From Mycobacteriaceae bacterium (GTDB taxonomy: Bacteria; Bacteroidota; Bacteroidia; Bacteroidales; Paludibacteraceae), in contig CAVGOI010000006.1 of assembly GCA_963630875.1 (NCBI GenBank), positions 2,531 through 66,530 on the forward strand: a stretch of 64,000 nucleotides of DNA, in the 5' to 3' direction. The notes beneath the pieces are model-generated. The model saw nothing but the letters and a program-made list of their open reading frames with translations. It searched no databases and had not been told where the DNA came from. The first letter of the stretch is position 1; the number at the start of each line of letters is the position of its first letter. The position numbers were made by a program, and so were the translations under genes. Below, piece after piece: positions 55,526-64,000 of the stretch.

Positions 55526-57229
55526 ATGAAAAAAGTATTTCTATTTGCAGCAGCCTGCCTGACATCCCTGATGATGCAGGCGGCGATTACTCCTGTTACA
55601 TGGCAGGCAATGTCTGATCCTTTTGTAGGCGGCACACCCGCTATGGCAGCGCGCAGTTTTATCTATGGCGATTACAACAACGATGGTTTGTTGGATGTCT
55701 TTGTGTATGGGGGCTCTTCGGCATCGGACGCAACGGCGCAATTATGGAAAAACACAGGCAACGGCACTTGGGAACAAGTAGAACTGCCGTTCTGCGTCAT
55801 CACGATGTATCTGGCATGTGCCACATGGATTGATTACAACAACGACGGGTATCTGGATCTTGTTTGCACCGGCACATCCGATGGTGTATTCAACAGCACA
55901 TTGGTGTTGAAGAACCTTGGAGCGAACAGCGATGATATTTTCGAAGAAGATAGCGACAATTTCCTCTATGGCACCAACTGTGAAGGAGCCGACTATTCGA
56001 ATATCATGCTTACTCCCCTCGATTACGACAATGACGGTTGGACGGATCTTCTGATTAATGGCATGGCAGACGGCTTGTGGGATGGTACGCATAGTCGTAT
56101 GGTTGCCATCTATCACAATGACCACGGTGTATTCTCCTTGGATAAGTCGGTAGCCATCGGTTCGGAGACATTTATACCCATCAATGGCGGTATGGCAACC
56201 CTCGGCGATATCAACAACGATGGGTATGTGGATGTCCTTGTTTCCGGTTACCAAGACGGCGAGGGCAACGAGAATGTTACTTTCTTGTATATCAATAATC
56301 AGAAAGGCGGGTTCACCCAAGTTACAGGGATTCCGTTCCAAGGTGCTTTCAATGGTGCAGGATTAATCATGGATCTCAACAACGACGGATATATGGATAT
56401 CGTGGAATACGGTCGCGATATCAAACAGAGTTGGGCAGATTTTGCCAATGTCTTCCTCAATAATGGCGATGGTACCTTTTCGAAAGTAGCAACACCGGGT
56501 ATCCCGGGTGGTGGCGGAATCTGCACAACAGGAGATATCAACAACGACGGTTTCATTGACTTTATCTATGCCGGTTGGCCGAATCAGATGTATTGCTACA
56601 GCAATGGTGACGGCACCTTTACAACGCAATCCTATACCGACACCAAGATAGATATTATGTCCGCTCGTAGCGGGTCGGTCAATCTTGTGGATTTGAACGG
56701 TGACAATGTGTTGGATGTGGAACAAGGAGGCTACAGCAACGCTATCGGTGATTTCTGCGGTGGTTTACTACTAAATGCCGGAACGACCAACGCGGCTCCA
56801 TCAGCACCTGACAATCTGCAACTTGTCAAAGAGGACGACAAAGTAACGCTCACATGGAATGCGGTTACCGATGATGACAAGACCCCCGCTGTGGCTATGC
56901 GCTACAATGTGTATGCCAAGACGGCTGACGGCAAAGTGTTCTGCCTCACGCCTGCAGAGCCGGCTACGGGGAAACAGAAAGTAGCAGGGGGTGTGCCTTA
57001 CTACTTGAATACGACCTCCTACACCTTCCATTCAACCGAGTTCGTAGAGTTCGGTGTACAAGCGATAGACGGTTGCTACGCCCCCTCGGCTTTCACCTCA
57101 ATAGCCACAGGGACGGACAATGTTCGCATGGATACCCAAGCCGCTATCCACAAGCACATTGAAAACGGTCAATTGTATATCCTGCGCAACGGCAACAAAT
57201 ACACCGTAACAGGACAAAATGCACAATAA
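55526..57229 (+). CDS. FG-GAP/VCBS seven-bladed propeller protein with FN3-like domain and short C-terminal tail motif (copy 1)
   Basis: 567 aa with a signal peptide. Seven Ca-binding-type motifs are present (DYNNDGLLD, DYNNDGYLD, DYDNDGWTD, DINNDGYVD, DLNNDGYMD, DINNDGFID, DLNGDNVLD), then APSAPDNLQLV...LTWNAVTDDD, then the tail IENGQLYILRNGNKYTVTGQ. Confidence 0.8.
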   Translation: MKKVFLFAAACLTSLMMQAAITPVTWQAMSDPFVGGTPAMAARSFIYGDYNNDGLLDVFVYGGSSASDATAQLWKNTGNGTWEQVELPFCVITMYLACATWIDYNNDGYLDLVCTGTSDGVFNSTLVLKNLGANSDDIFEEDSDNFLYGTNCEGADYSNIMLTPLDYDNDGWTDLLINGMADGLWDGTHSRMVAIYHNDHGVFSLDKSVAIGSETFIPINGGMATLGDINNDGYVDVLVSGYQDGEGNENVTFLYINNQKGGFTQVTGIPFQGAFNGAGLIMDLNNDGYMDIVEYGRDIKQSWADFANVFLNNGDGTFSKVATPGIPGGGGICTTGDINNDGFIDFIYAGWPNQMYCYSNGDGTFTTQSYTDTKIDIMSARSGSVNLVDLNGDNVLDVEQGGYSNAIGDFCGGLLLNAGTTNAAPSAPDNLQLVKEDDKVTLTWNAVTDDDKTPAVAMRYNVYAKTADGKVFCLTPAEPATGKQKVAGGVPYYLNTTSYTFHSTEFVEFGVQAIDGCYAPSAFTSIATGTDNVRMDTQAAIHKHIENGQLYILRNGNKYTVTGQNAQ

Positions 57230-59346
57230 TGTATAGAGCCTTTCATATTCTATTCGCACTTACACTGGCACTCAGTGTGAGTGCGAATACCTACACCGCA
57301 GGTCCCTGGCAGTTGGAGGTGGCGACTACAAATGGTCAAGTCTCCCTTTCTAAGAACGGCACGCCACTGCTGAAAAACAGTTGTGCCGTCGTGCGAATCG
57401 GCAATACCGATTATCGATTATCCAACCAAACGACCTGCCGTATTACGGAATCTGACCTGTCGGATGCTTTCGGTACAGGCAAACAGATTGCCATTGTCTA
57501 TACCCTTGCAGATACCACGATAACCCAAACCTACAATCTCTACTCCACGCTCGACTATATTATTACCCGCGTACAGATTGACGCACCGGTGGTGATACAG
57601 TCCAATTACATAGCACCGATTGCCTCGAATAGTGCTGTAGTGCCTTTGCCTACAGGGGATTTACGCGACCTGTTTGTTCCGTTTGACAACGATGGCTGGG
57701 TGTCGTATAATTCCTATACCTTTGGCAATAATGTTACCAGTAACGAGGTGGGGCTGCTTTATAATGCAGTTACCCGCGACGGCTATGTCATCGGCTCCAT
57801 CGAACATACCGATTGGAAGACCGGCATCATAACCCAAACGAATTCCAACGGCAGCGTTTCCTCGATTACAGCCTATTGCGGACATACGAATGAGTGGACA
57901 CACGATGTATTGCCGCATGGTGCTCTCCGTGGTAAAAGCATTGCATCTGCTCCTATCTTCGTGGGGCGTTTCGCAGATTGGCGGACTGCTATGGAGACCT
58001 ACGGTGATGCCAATGCCATTGTAGCACCGAAAGCCAAGTGGGACAAAGGGAAGCCCTTTATTTGGAACTCGTGGGGAGTACTCATGAAAGAGTGCAACTA
58101 TGCCAAAGCCGCCCAAAATGCGATATTCATTGCGGACAGTTTGGTTACACGCGGCTATCACAACGATGGGACGGTGTATGTGGACTTGGACTCGTGGCAC
58201 AACTTGAGTGCTGCGCAAGAAACGACTTTCACAACGACTATCTGCAATCCGCGTGGACTAAAGACAGGTCTGTATTGGTGCCCATGGAGCGATTGGGGTA
58301 AAAACGGAGATGTGCAAGTGCCGGGAGCCCCCGAATACACTTACAAAGATATTTGGCTTTATGCCAATGGTAAGCCGATTGAGAGAACAGAAGGGGCTTA
58401 TAGTTGCGATCCGACACACCCCGGCACCAAGAAGCGTGCGGAAGCCGAGTTCAAGAAACTGCATGCAAACGGTTATGAGTTCCTCAAAATAGATTTTATG
58501 ACGCACGGCATCTACGAGGCAGACTCTTGGTACGACACAACCATTACAACCGGTATGCAGGCCTATAACTATGGTATGCGGTATTTGGATAGTTTAGCGG
58601 ATGGTATCTATCTGAATCTCAGTATAGCTTCCCTGTTCCCTGCCAACTACACGCAAGGTCGTCGTATTGCTTGTGATGCATGGGGATCATTGGGAGATGC
58701 CAAATATGTACTCAATTCCACGACCTTTGGCTGGTGGCTTGACCATGTTTACTCTTATAATGACGGCGATGAATTGGTGTTCAAAAACCAAACCGAAGCC
58801 GTTAATCGGATTCGGCTTATCTCCGGACTTATCACGGGAATCCCTTGCTTGGGAGATGATTATTCCAATTATGGCGATGATATTGCAAAGAAGCGTGCAA
58901 AGAAACTCCTGAATAATCCCGAGTTGATGCAGATGGCACGCGAGACGAAAGCATTCCGCCCTATGGGAACGACCTCCGGCACGGATTGCGCAACGATGTA
59001 TTACACCAAAGTGGCAGACACCGCTTTCGTGGCGTTATTCAATTTCACAACGGTTCGCACCACTTACAGTTTTGCCATGACCGATGTGGAGATGCTAGCG
59101 GGTACGCCCTATACCGTGAAGGAACTGATGGATAAAAAGACCTATACATTCACCGACTCGGTGTCTATAAACATGCGTCAAAACGCGTTGGTACTGAAGA
59201 TATATCCTTACGACCCTGCGGCCGTTGAAGATACTTATTCGTCATCGACCGACAAGACGCAAAAGTTCATTATGCAGAATCAACTCTACATTCGTCGTAG
59301 CAACCAAGTGTACAACGCGTTGGGACAACCGGTAAAAGTGCAGTAG
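57229..59346 (+). CDS. Clan GH-D-like (GH27/GH36 melibiase-fold) glycoside hydrolase, copy 1
   Basis: 705 aa with a signal peptide. FIWNSWG resembles the GH27 GWNSW motif, YEFLKIDFM resembles YLKYDNC, and GRRIACDAWG resembles WRxxxD. The C-terminal tail is FIMQNQLYIRRSNQVYNALGQ. The family assignment is from motif resemblance only. Confidence 0.65.
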   Translation: MYRAFHILFALTLALSVSANTYTAGPWQLEVATTNGQVSLSKNGTPLLKNSCAVVRIGNTDYRLSNQTTCRITESDLSDAFGTGKQIAIVYTLADTTITQTYNLYSTLDYIITRVQIDAPVVIQSNYIAPIASNSAVVPLPTGDLRDLFVPFDNDGWVSYNSYTFGNNVTSNEVGLLYNAVTRDGYVIGSIEHTDWKTGIITQTNSNGSVSSITAYCGHTNEWTHDVLPHGALRGKSIASAPIFVGRFADWRTAMETYGDANAIVAPKAKWDKGKPFIWNSWGVLMKECNYAKAAQNAIFIADSLVTRGYHNDGTVYVDLDSWHNLSAAQETTFTTTICNPRGLKTGLYWCPWSDWGKNGDVQVPGAPEYTYKDIWLYANGKPIERTEGAYSCDPTHPGTKKRAEAEFKKLHANGYEFLKIDFMTHGIYEADSWYDTTITTGMQAYNYGMRYLDSLADGIYLNLSIASLFPANYTQGRRIACDAWGSLGDAKYVLNSTTFGWWLDHVYSYNDGDELVFKNQTEAVNRIRLISGLITGIPCLGDDYSNYGDDIAKKRAKKLLNNPELMQMARETKAFRPMGTTSGTDCATMYYTKVADTAFVALFNFTTVRTTYSFAMTDVEMLAGTPYTVKELMDKKTYTFTDSVSINMRQNALVLKIYPYDPAAVEDTYSSSTDKTQKFIMQNQLYIRRSNQVYNALGQPVKVQ

Positions 59347-59423
59347 CACGACGGCTTTCTAAGCGTATAGGCTATGGATTCGTATGAATATGTAAATTAC
59401 AAATCTAATAACAAACAAGTAAA

Positions 59424-61136
59424 ATGAAAAAGCATTTCTTCTTTGTAGCGTTTGCCCTATTAGGTGCATCGCTGCTTCAAGCGGCCGGCAATCCGGCGAC
59501 ATTTACAAAAATAGCCGATCCTGTCAAGGATGGGGCTCTGCCCACGGCAGGTATAACGAGTGCCGTTACCATTTTTGGGGATTACAACAACGACGGTTTG
59601 TTGGATATTTTCTATGTGGGCGGTGAGGATGTATATAACACACATATCGGATTGCTCAAGAATAACGGGAACAGTCAATGGGAACCCGTTGCTCTCCCCA
59701 CAGACGCCACGCCCTTGGCGCAAGCCTCTGCTATATGGATAGATTATAACAACGATGGGTATCTCGACTTGATTGTATCGGGGCTTAGCGCAGACAGCAC
59801 CTCTACGATGTACGCGTTAAAAAACTTAGGCGGTGATAATGGCTTTGCCATAGACACCACCTGTAGTTTCGGTTGGGGCGTATATCATGAAAATAACAAT
59901 ATTCAAGGTATGTCCGTCATAGATTACAACAACGATGGTTGGATGGATTTCGTTATCACCGGCACACCCAGTAGTTGGGATATGTGTTGGGATTGGCGTT
60001 GCACCGCTATTTACATCAACCAAAAGGGATACTTTAGCAAGGATCAAAAATACACTTCTTTCAACAAACGCAATGGCAATGTCTTCGTATGTGATGCCAA
60101 TAGCGACGGGTTATTCGATGTATTCAACACGGGTTATGGCGATAATGGTCTGGGTTATGGTGCCAATGGGCACCTGAATACGGGCGATGGATTCTCTAAC
60201 TTTAGTGGCGTAACTTTCCTAGGTTATTCAGGTTGGGCAGCACCCGTAGGGGCAGCCTTCTCCGTAGATGTAAATAATGACGGGTTGCAGGATATTATTC
60301 AAATAACACGCAATCCTGCTGATAGTTGGTCAAACTATGCCGCTGTTTGGCTCTATGATGGCACAACCTATTCACAAAAGCAGAATTGCGGCATCACGGG
60401 CGGTGATGCTATCGTGTCGGTAGGGGATGTCAACAACGATGGCTACCTTGATATTTTCTATAGCGGCTACCCGAATGTGCGTTTGGCATACGGCAACGGG
60501 GACGGGACATTCACCGAGTGCGCCTTTACGGATGACTTAGCCGAATTAGGCAGTCGGGGCGGTATGATAAATTTAGTGGATTTCAATGGCGATAATCTGT
60601 TGGATATTCAGGCCAACGGCTATAACGGCACGAAGGGAGGTTATTGCAATGCTTTGGCAAAGAATGTCAGCACGGATATGACCAACGAGGCTCCTACGGC
60701 TCCAACCAATCTCACGATAACCACCACCGACAAAGGCTACAAACTCACATGGGAAGCCGGTACGGATGACAAGACCCCCACAAAAGCATTGCGCTATAAT
60801 GTCATTGCAACAACGGACGATAACAAGGTATTTGCCATCAATCTGGCAGACCTGAATACCGGCAAACAGAAAGTAGCCGGAGGCTATACGGCGTATCTCA
60901 ACACCTTGTCCTACGAGATGTATTCACAGGAGTTCACCACTTTCTATGTACAGACGATTGACGGTGCCAATGCAGGTTCTGAATTTGTATCCAAGAAAGT
61001 GGATAAAACCCCTACGGCTTATGACGAAGTAAATGCGACCCCTATCGCCAAGAAGATAATCCGCAACGGACAGATGTTTATTCTGAAAGACGGTAATTAC
61101 TACAACGCCTTGGGTACTTCTGTGAAGAACTTATAA
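59424..61136 (+). CDS. FG-GAP/VCBS seven-bladed propeller protein (copy 2)
   Basis: 570 aa, collinear with 55526-57229. It has seven D-x-N-x-D-G-x-x-D motifs, an FN3-like segment APTAPTNLTITT...LTWEAGTDD, and the tail IIRNGQMFILKDGNYYNALGT. Confidence 0.8.
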   Translation: MKKHFFFVAFALLGASLLQAAGNPATFTKIADPVKDGALPTAGITSAVTIFGDYNNDGLLDIFYVGGEDVYNTHIGLLKNNGNSQWEPVALPTDATPLAQASAIWIDYNNDGYLDLIVSGLSADSTSTMYALKNLGGDNGFAIDTTCSFGWGVYHENNNIQGMSVIDYNNDGWMDFVITGTPSSWDMCWDWRCTAIYINQKGYFSKDQKYTSFNKRNGNVFVCDANSDGLFDVFNTGYGDNGLGYGANGHLNTGDGFSNFSGVTFLGYSGWAAPVGAAFSVDVNNDGLQDIIQITRNPADSWSNYAAVWLYDGTTYSQKQNCGITGGDAIVSVGDVNNDGYLDIFYSGYPNVRLAYGNGDGTFTECAFTDDLAELGSRGGMINLVDFNGDNLLDIQANGYNGTKGGYCNALAKNVSTDMTNEAPTAPTNLTITTTDKGYKLTWEAGTDDKTPTKALRYNVIATTDDNKVFAINLADLNTGKQKVAGGYTAYLNTLSYEMYSQEFTTFYVQTIDGANAGSEFVSKKVDKTPTAYDEVNATPIAKKIIRNGQMFILKDGNYYNALGTSVKNL

Positions 61137-61150
61137 TTCCGACCCTAAGA

Positions 61151-63094
61151 ATGATTTGCACCTCACGATTTAAAAGTGTCGTTATTCTCCTTTGTGGTAT
61201 CGCCACCGCCTCTTGTTCCCGAGGCGGTTGGCGTACCCTTTTGATTGACAGGAACACGCCAGTTGTAGTTGTTGACGGAACACCTTATCATTTGAATTCT
61301 GCCACACACTACCAACGGACACAAACGACCTTCTCTAACGCCTTAGGCTCCGGAGAAGAAATACATATTACAGGGGCCGTGACTTCCTCTGTTTCCTTTG
61401 AGCAAGTTTATTACATTCCGAAGGATGCACCCTATTTCCTGACACGCCTGACGCTCATTTCCGCAGAACCGATATCGTCCAACTATATCGCGCCGCTTTG
61501 CGTTGTTCCCCCTACAGACTTACTGCCGCAAGATAGTACGAACCGTGTACTCTTCGTACCGTATGACAACGACGAGTGGATTACCTACTCTTCCAACCTT
61601 TTCGGCGGTACGCAAAACAGTTACGAAGTCGGAGCGCTCTACTCTGCCACGACCCATCAAGGGCTTATCTTGGGCTCTATTGAGCATACGGATTGGAAAT
61701 CGGCACTCACATCCACGACGGAGGCAGACGGCACCCTATCTGCCCTTACCCTCTATGCCGGAGCCGCCGACTCTATCACACGCGACAGTATTCCACACGG
61801 TGCATTGCGGGGGAAAACCCTTTCTTCACCGCTGATGTGGATCGGCAAATTCGATGATTGGCGCACGGGCATGGAAGTCTATGCAGACCAATGTGCCCGA
61901 CACGCGCAACCTGCCAAACTATCGAACCCCGCCAAACCTTTTCTGTGGAACTCATGGGGCGTGATAGCGGGAAAACTCAATCGGGATAATGCCTTTCAGA
62001 GTGCCGAATTTATCTACACCCATCTCTACAAAAACGGCTTTCAAAACGAAGGCACCTGCTATGTCGGCTTGGATTCTTTCTGGGACCACATGAGCGAAGA
62101 GGAACTCACTGCCTTTGCCCACTACTGCACTTCGCATGGTATGCAAGCCGGTATTTATTGGACGCCTTTCGTGGATTGGAATACCCGTCCGAATCGTGAG
62201 GTTGAAGGGGCACCCGGGGTGCGCTATAGCGATATATGGCTGTATCGCAACGGGCGACCCGTCAAACGCAACAACGCCTGTGCCTTAGACCCTACGCACC
62301 CCGCTACGCGGGCGCGGGCGATTTACTACATGAATAAGTTTATCAACTGGGGCTATACCTATCTCAAGATGGACTTTATGATACACGGGGCTCTTGAGGC
62401 GGATTCGTGGTATAATCCCGCCATCACAACGGGGATGCAGGCCTACAACTATGGCATGCATTATTTGGACAGTTTGTCCGATGGTCGTCTGTTCCTCAAT
62501 CTCAGTATAGCCCCCGTTTTCCCTGCCAACTATGCGCAAGGACGCCGTATTGCGTGTGATGCATGGGCAGGACTGAAAGATGCCAAATACACGCTAAACG
62601 CTACCACCTACTCGTGGTGGTTGGACCATGTCTATTCCTACAACGACGGAGATCATGTCGTACTGAAAGGACAACCCGAAAACATCAACCGGTTGCGTAT
62701 TGCCTCATCGGTTATTACGGGTGCCTACTGCCTTGGCGATGACTTCAGCCAAAAGGGGGAAGAGGCTGCCAAAGAAAAAGCGGTGCGTTTAGCCACCAAT
62801 CCGCTCCTGCTCGCTATGGCGCACGACACCAAGGCATTCCGGCCGGTATCTACTCCCATCGGCAACGAGCCTGCCAATGAGTACTACTACGCCACCCCGA
62901 CTGCAACCTACCTTGCCTGTTTCAATTTCGACGACCAACCTCGTAAGGTAGAACTGCCGCTCAAGGATTTGGGCGTGCCGCACCCGACCGTCATCACGGA
63001 ACTTTGGTCGGGTAGCGTTCTCCACGCTCAAGGCTCCACGCTCCATAGTACCATTCCCCCTCAGGATTGCTTTATTTACAAAATAGAAGATTAA
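61151..63094 (+). CDS. Clan GH-D-like glycoside hydrolase, copy 2
   Basis: 647 aa, collinear with 57229-59346. Shared blocks are WNSWGV, LDPTHPA, YLKMDFM, EADSWY, ITTGMQAYNYGM, GRRIACDAW and WWLDHVYSYNDGD. It lacks the C-terminal tail motif. Confidence 0.65.
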   Translation: MICTSRFKSVVILLCGIATASCSRGGWRTLLIDRNTPVVVVDGTPYHLNSATHYQRTQTTFSNALGSGEEIHITGAVTSSVSFEQVYYIPKDAPYFLTRLTLISAEPISSNYIAPLCVVPPTDLLPQDSTNRVLFVPYDNDEWITYSSNLFGGTQNSYEVGALYSATTHQGLILGSIEHTDWKSALTSTTEADGTLSALTLYAGAADSITRDSIPHGALRGKTLSSPLMWIGKFDDWRTGMEVYADQCARHAQPAKLSNPAKPFLWNSWGVIAGKLNRDNAFQSAEFIYTHLYKNGFQNEGTCYVGLDSFWDHMSEEELTAFAHYCTSHGMQAGIYWTPFVDWNTRPNREVEGAPGVRYSDIWLYRNGRPVKRNNACALDPTHPATRARAIYYMNKFINWGYTYLKMDFMIHGALEADSWYNPAITTGMQAYNYGMHYLDSLSDGRLFLNLSIAPVFPANYAQGRRIACDAWAGLKDAKYTLNATTYSWWLDHVYSYNDGDHVVLKGQPENINRLRIASSVITGAYCLGDDFSQKGEEAAKEKAVRLATNPLLLAMAHDTKAFRPVSTPIGNEPANEYYYATPTATYLACFNFDDQPRKVELPLKDLGVPHPTVITELWSGSVLHAQGSTLHSTIPPQDCFIYKIED

Positions 63095-63122
63095 CCCAAT
63101 AGAAGATTAACCCCCATTCCGT

Positions 63123-64000
63123 ATGAACCGTTTCTTGCTTCTGTGCATAGCACTCTTGCCAATCAGTCTGTGGGCAAACACCACCATTCGCATCTCCACT
63201 GCCGAAACAGACCTCATTTATCGTGTAGGCGATAACCAGCGTCTTTACCAATGTTACTTGGGTGCAAAACTCCTGCACGAGGAGGACATTCCCTCATTGT
63301 CTCAAGGCACGGAGGCGTATTTAACGCATGGTATGGAAGACTATTTTGAGCCGGCATTGGATGTACGGCATGCGGATCACAACGCTTCTACACTCTTGCT
63401 CTATGTATCCCATTCGGTTACGGGAAACCGGACGGATATTACCCTGCGAGACCCTGTATATCAAACGACGGTCATCTTGCACTACCTCGTATTTCCGGAG
63501 GAGAATGTCATCCAGTCATGGACGACCATTACCAACAGTGAGAAGAAGCCCATTCATTTAGCCAAATATGCGAGCAGTATGCTGCATTTTCCGACAGGCG
63601 ATTATTACCTAACTTCCTTTTCTGGCAACTGGGCACGCGAGGTAGAGCCCGCTACGGAACACCTGACTTTCGGCAAGAAGCAATTGGACAGCAAATTGGG
63701 AGCGCGTGTTAATCTGATGATGCCGCCCATGTTCCAACTCTCGATAAATGCGCCTGCTACCGAAACCGAAGGCACCGTTCTATTGGGTCAATTGGGTTGG
63801 ACGGGTAACTACCGCTTTACTTTTGAGGTGATAGATGACAAGTCTTTGCGCGTTATCAGCGGCATCAATCCCTATTTCTCGGAATACGAACTCGCCAAGG
63901 GGGCCTCTTTCACCACACCGGAGTTCTATTTCACACTCTCCACGCAGGGGCTTGGACACGCCTCGCGCTCCCTGCACGATTGGGCGCGGCGTTACCAACT
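63123..64000 (+). CDS. GH36-like alpha-galactosidase, N-terminal part (runs off the window)
   Basis: Open frame from the ATG at 63123 to the window end, translated by hand (not in the ORF track): MNRFLLLCIALLPISLWANTTIRI...VILHYLVFPEENVIQSWTTITN...SFSGNWAREVEP...LGWTGNYRFTFEV...GLGHASRSLHDWARRYQ. This resembles the GH36 N-terminal domain pattern. Confidence 0.65.
   Translation, partial: MNRFLLLCIALLPISLWANTTIRISTAETDLIYRVGDNQRLYQCYLGAKLLHEEDIPSLSQGTEAYLTHGMEDYFEPALDVRHADHNASTLLLYVSHSVTGNRTDITLRDPVYQTTVILHYLVFPEENVIQSWTTITNSEKKPIHLAKYASSMLHFPTGDYYLTSFSGNWAREVEPATEHLTFGKKQLDSKLGARVNLMMPPMFQLSINAPATETEGTVLLGQLGWTGNYRFTFEVIDDKSLRVISGINPYFSEYELAKGASFTTPEFYFTLSTQGLGHASRSLHDWARRYQ

Overview
This is a chromosomal window from a Bacteroidota genome, apparently Prevotella/Bacteroidales-like. 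The assignment rests on a SusC/SusD pair, many TTTG-N20-TAnnTTTG promoters, a MurF-like/Alr fusion and lipoprotein-rich surface loci. I recognised no rRNA, tRNA, CRISPR array, integrase or transposase.

Gene order:
- TolC-HlyD-2xABC-2 efflux operon (223-5356)
- GT2 plus a coupled hypothetical, an orphan ABC ATPase, and MurF-like/Alr
- O-methyltransferase, Lrp, trpS
- A small ORF plus an outer-membrane barrel, an M20 dipeptidase, DUF2520 and rarA
- A minus-strand surface-polysaccharide locus (18217-27522): CE4-like, GNAT, FemAB-like, two GT4 paralogs, Wzi-like, priming sugar transferase, OmpH
- DUF1015 and bactofilin
- An OmpA-family lipoprotein followed by thyA-folA-lysS-pgi
- A roughly 1.1 kb AT-rich islet with one secreted two-domain protein
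- fadD-lipoprotein-fcl-acetyltransferase
- A porin/imelysin/di-haem cytochrome c/mini CcsBA cluster (42764-48424)
- A polysaccharide utilisation locus (PUL) from 48996 to the window end: a binding-protein-TM-AraC regulator, SusC, SusD, two tandem modules of FG-GAP propeller plus clan GH-D-like hydrolase, and a partial GH36.

Observations most worth follow-up:
1. The two GT4 genes each carry translated heptanucleotide arrays and an in-frame palindromic element at homologous positions. A third, hairpin-only copy of that element lies in an intergenic region.
2. One GT4 is thrown out of frame by a C10/G10 tract. Adding one C restores a C-terminus that aligns with its paralog.
3. A G9 tract sits in the spacer of the susC-like promoter.
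4. A repeat family lies just upstream of three consensus promoters.
5. There are two long inverted-repeat structures, at 14233-14427 and 29447-29639.
6. A miniature CcsBA is dedicated to a di-haem/imelysin cluster.
7. The PUL has duplicated FG-GAP+hydrolase modules and a shared C-terminal tail motif.

All family assignments come from motif recognition by eye, not from database searches.
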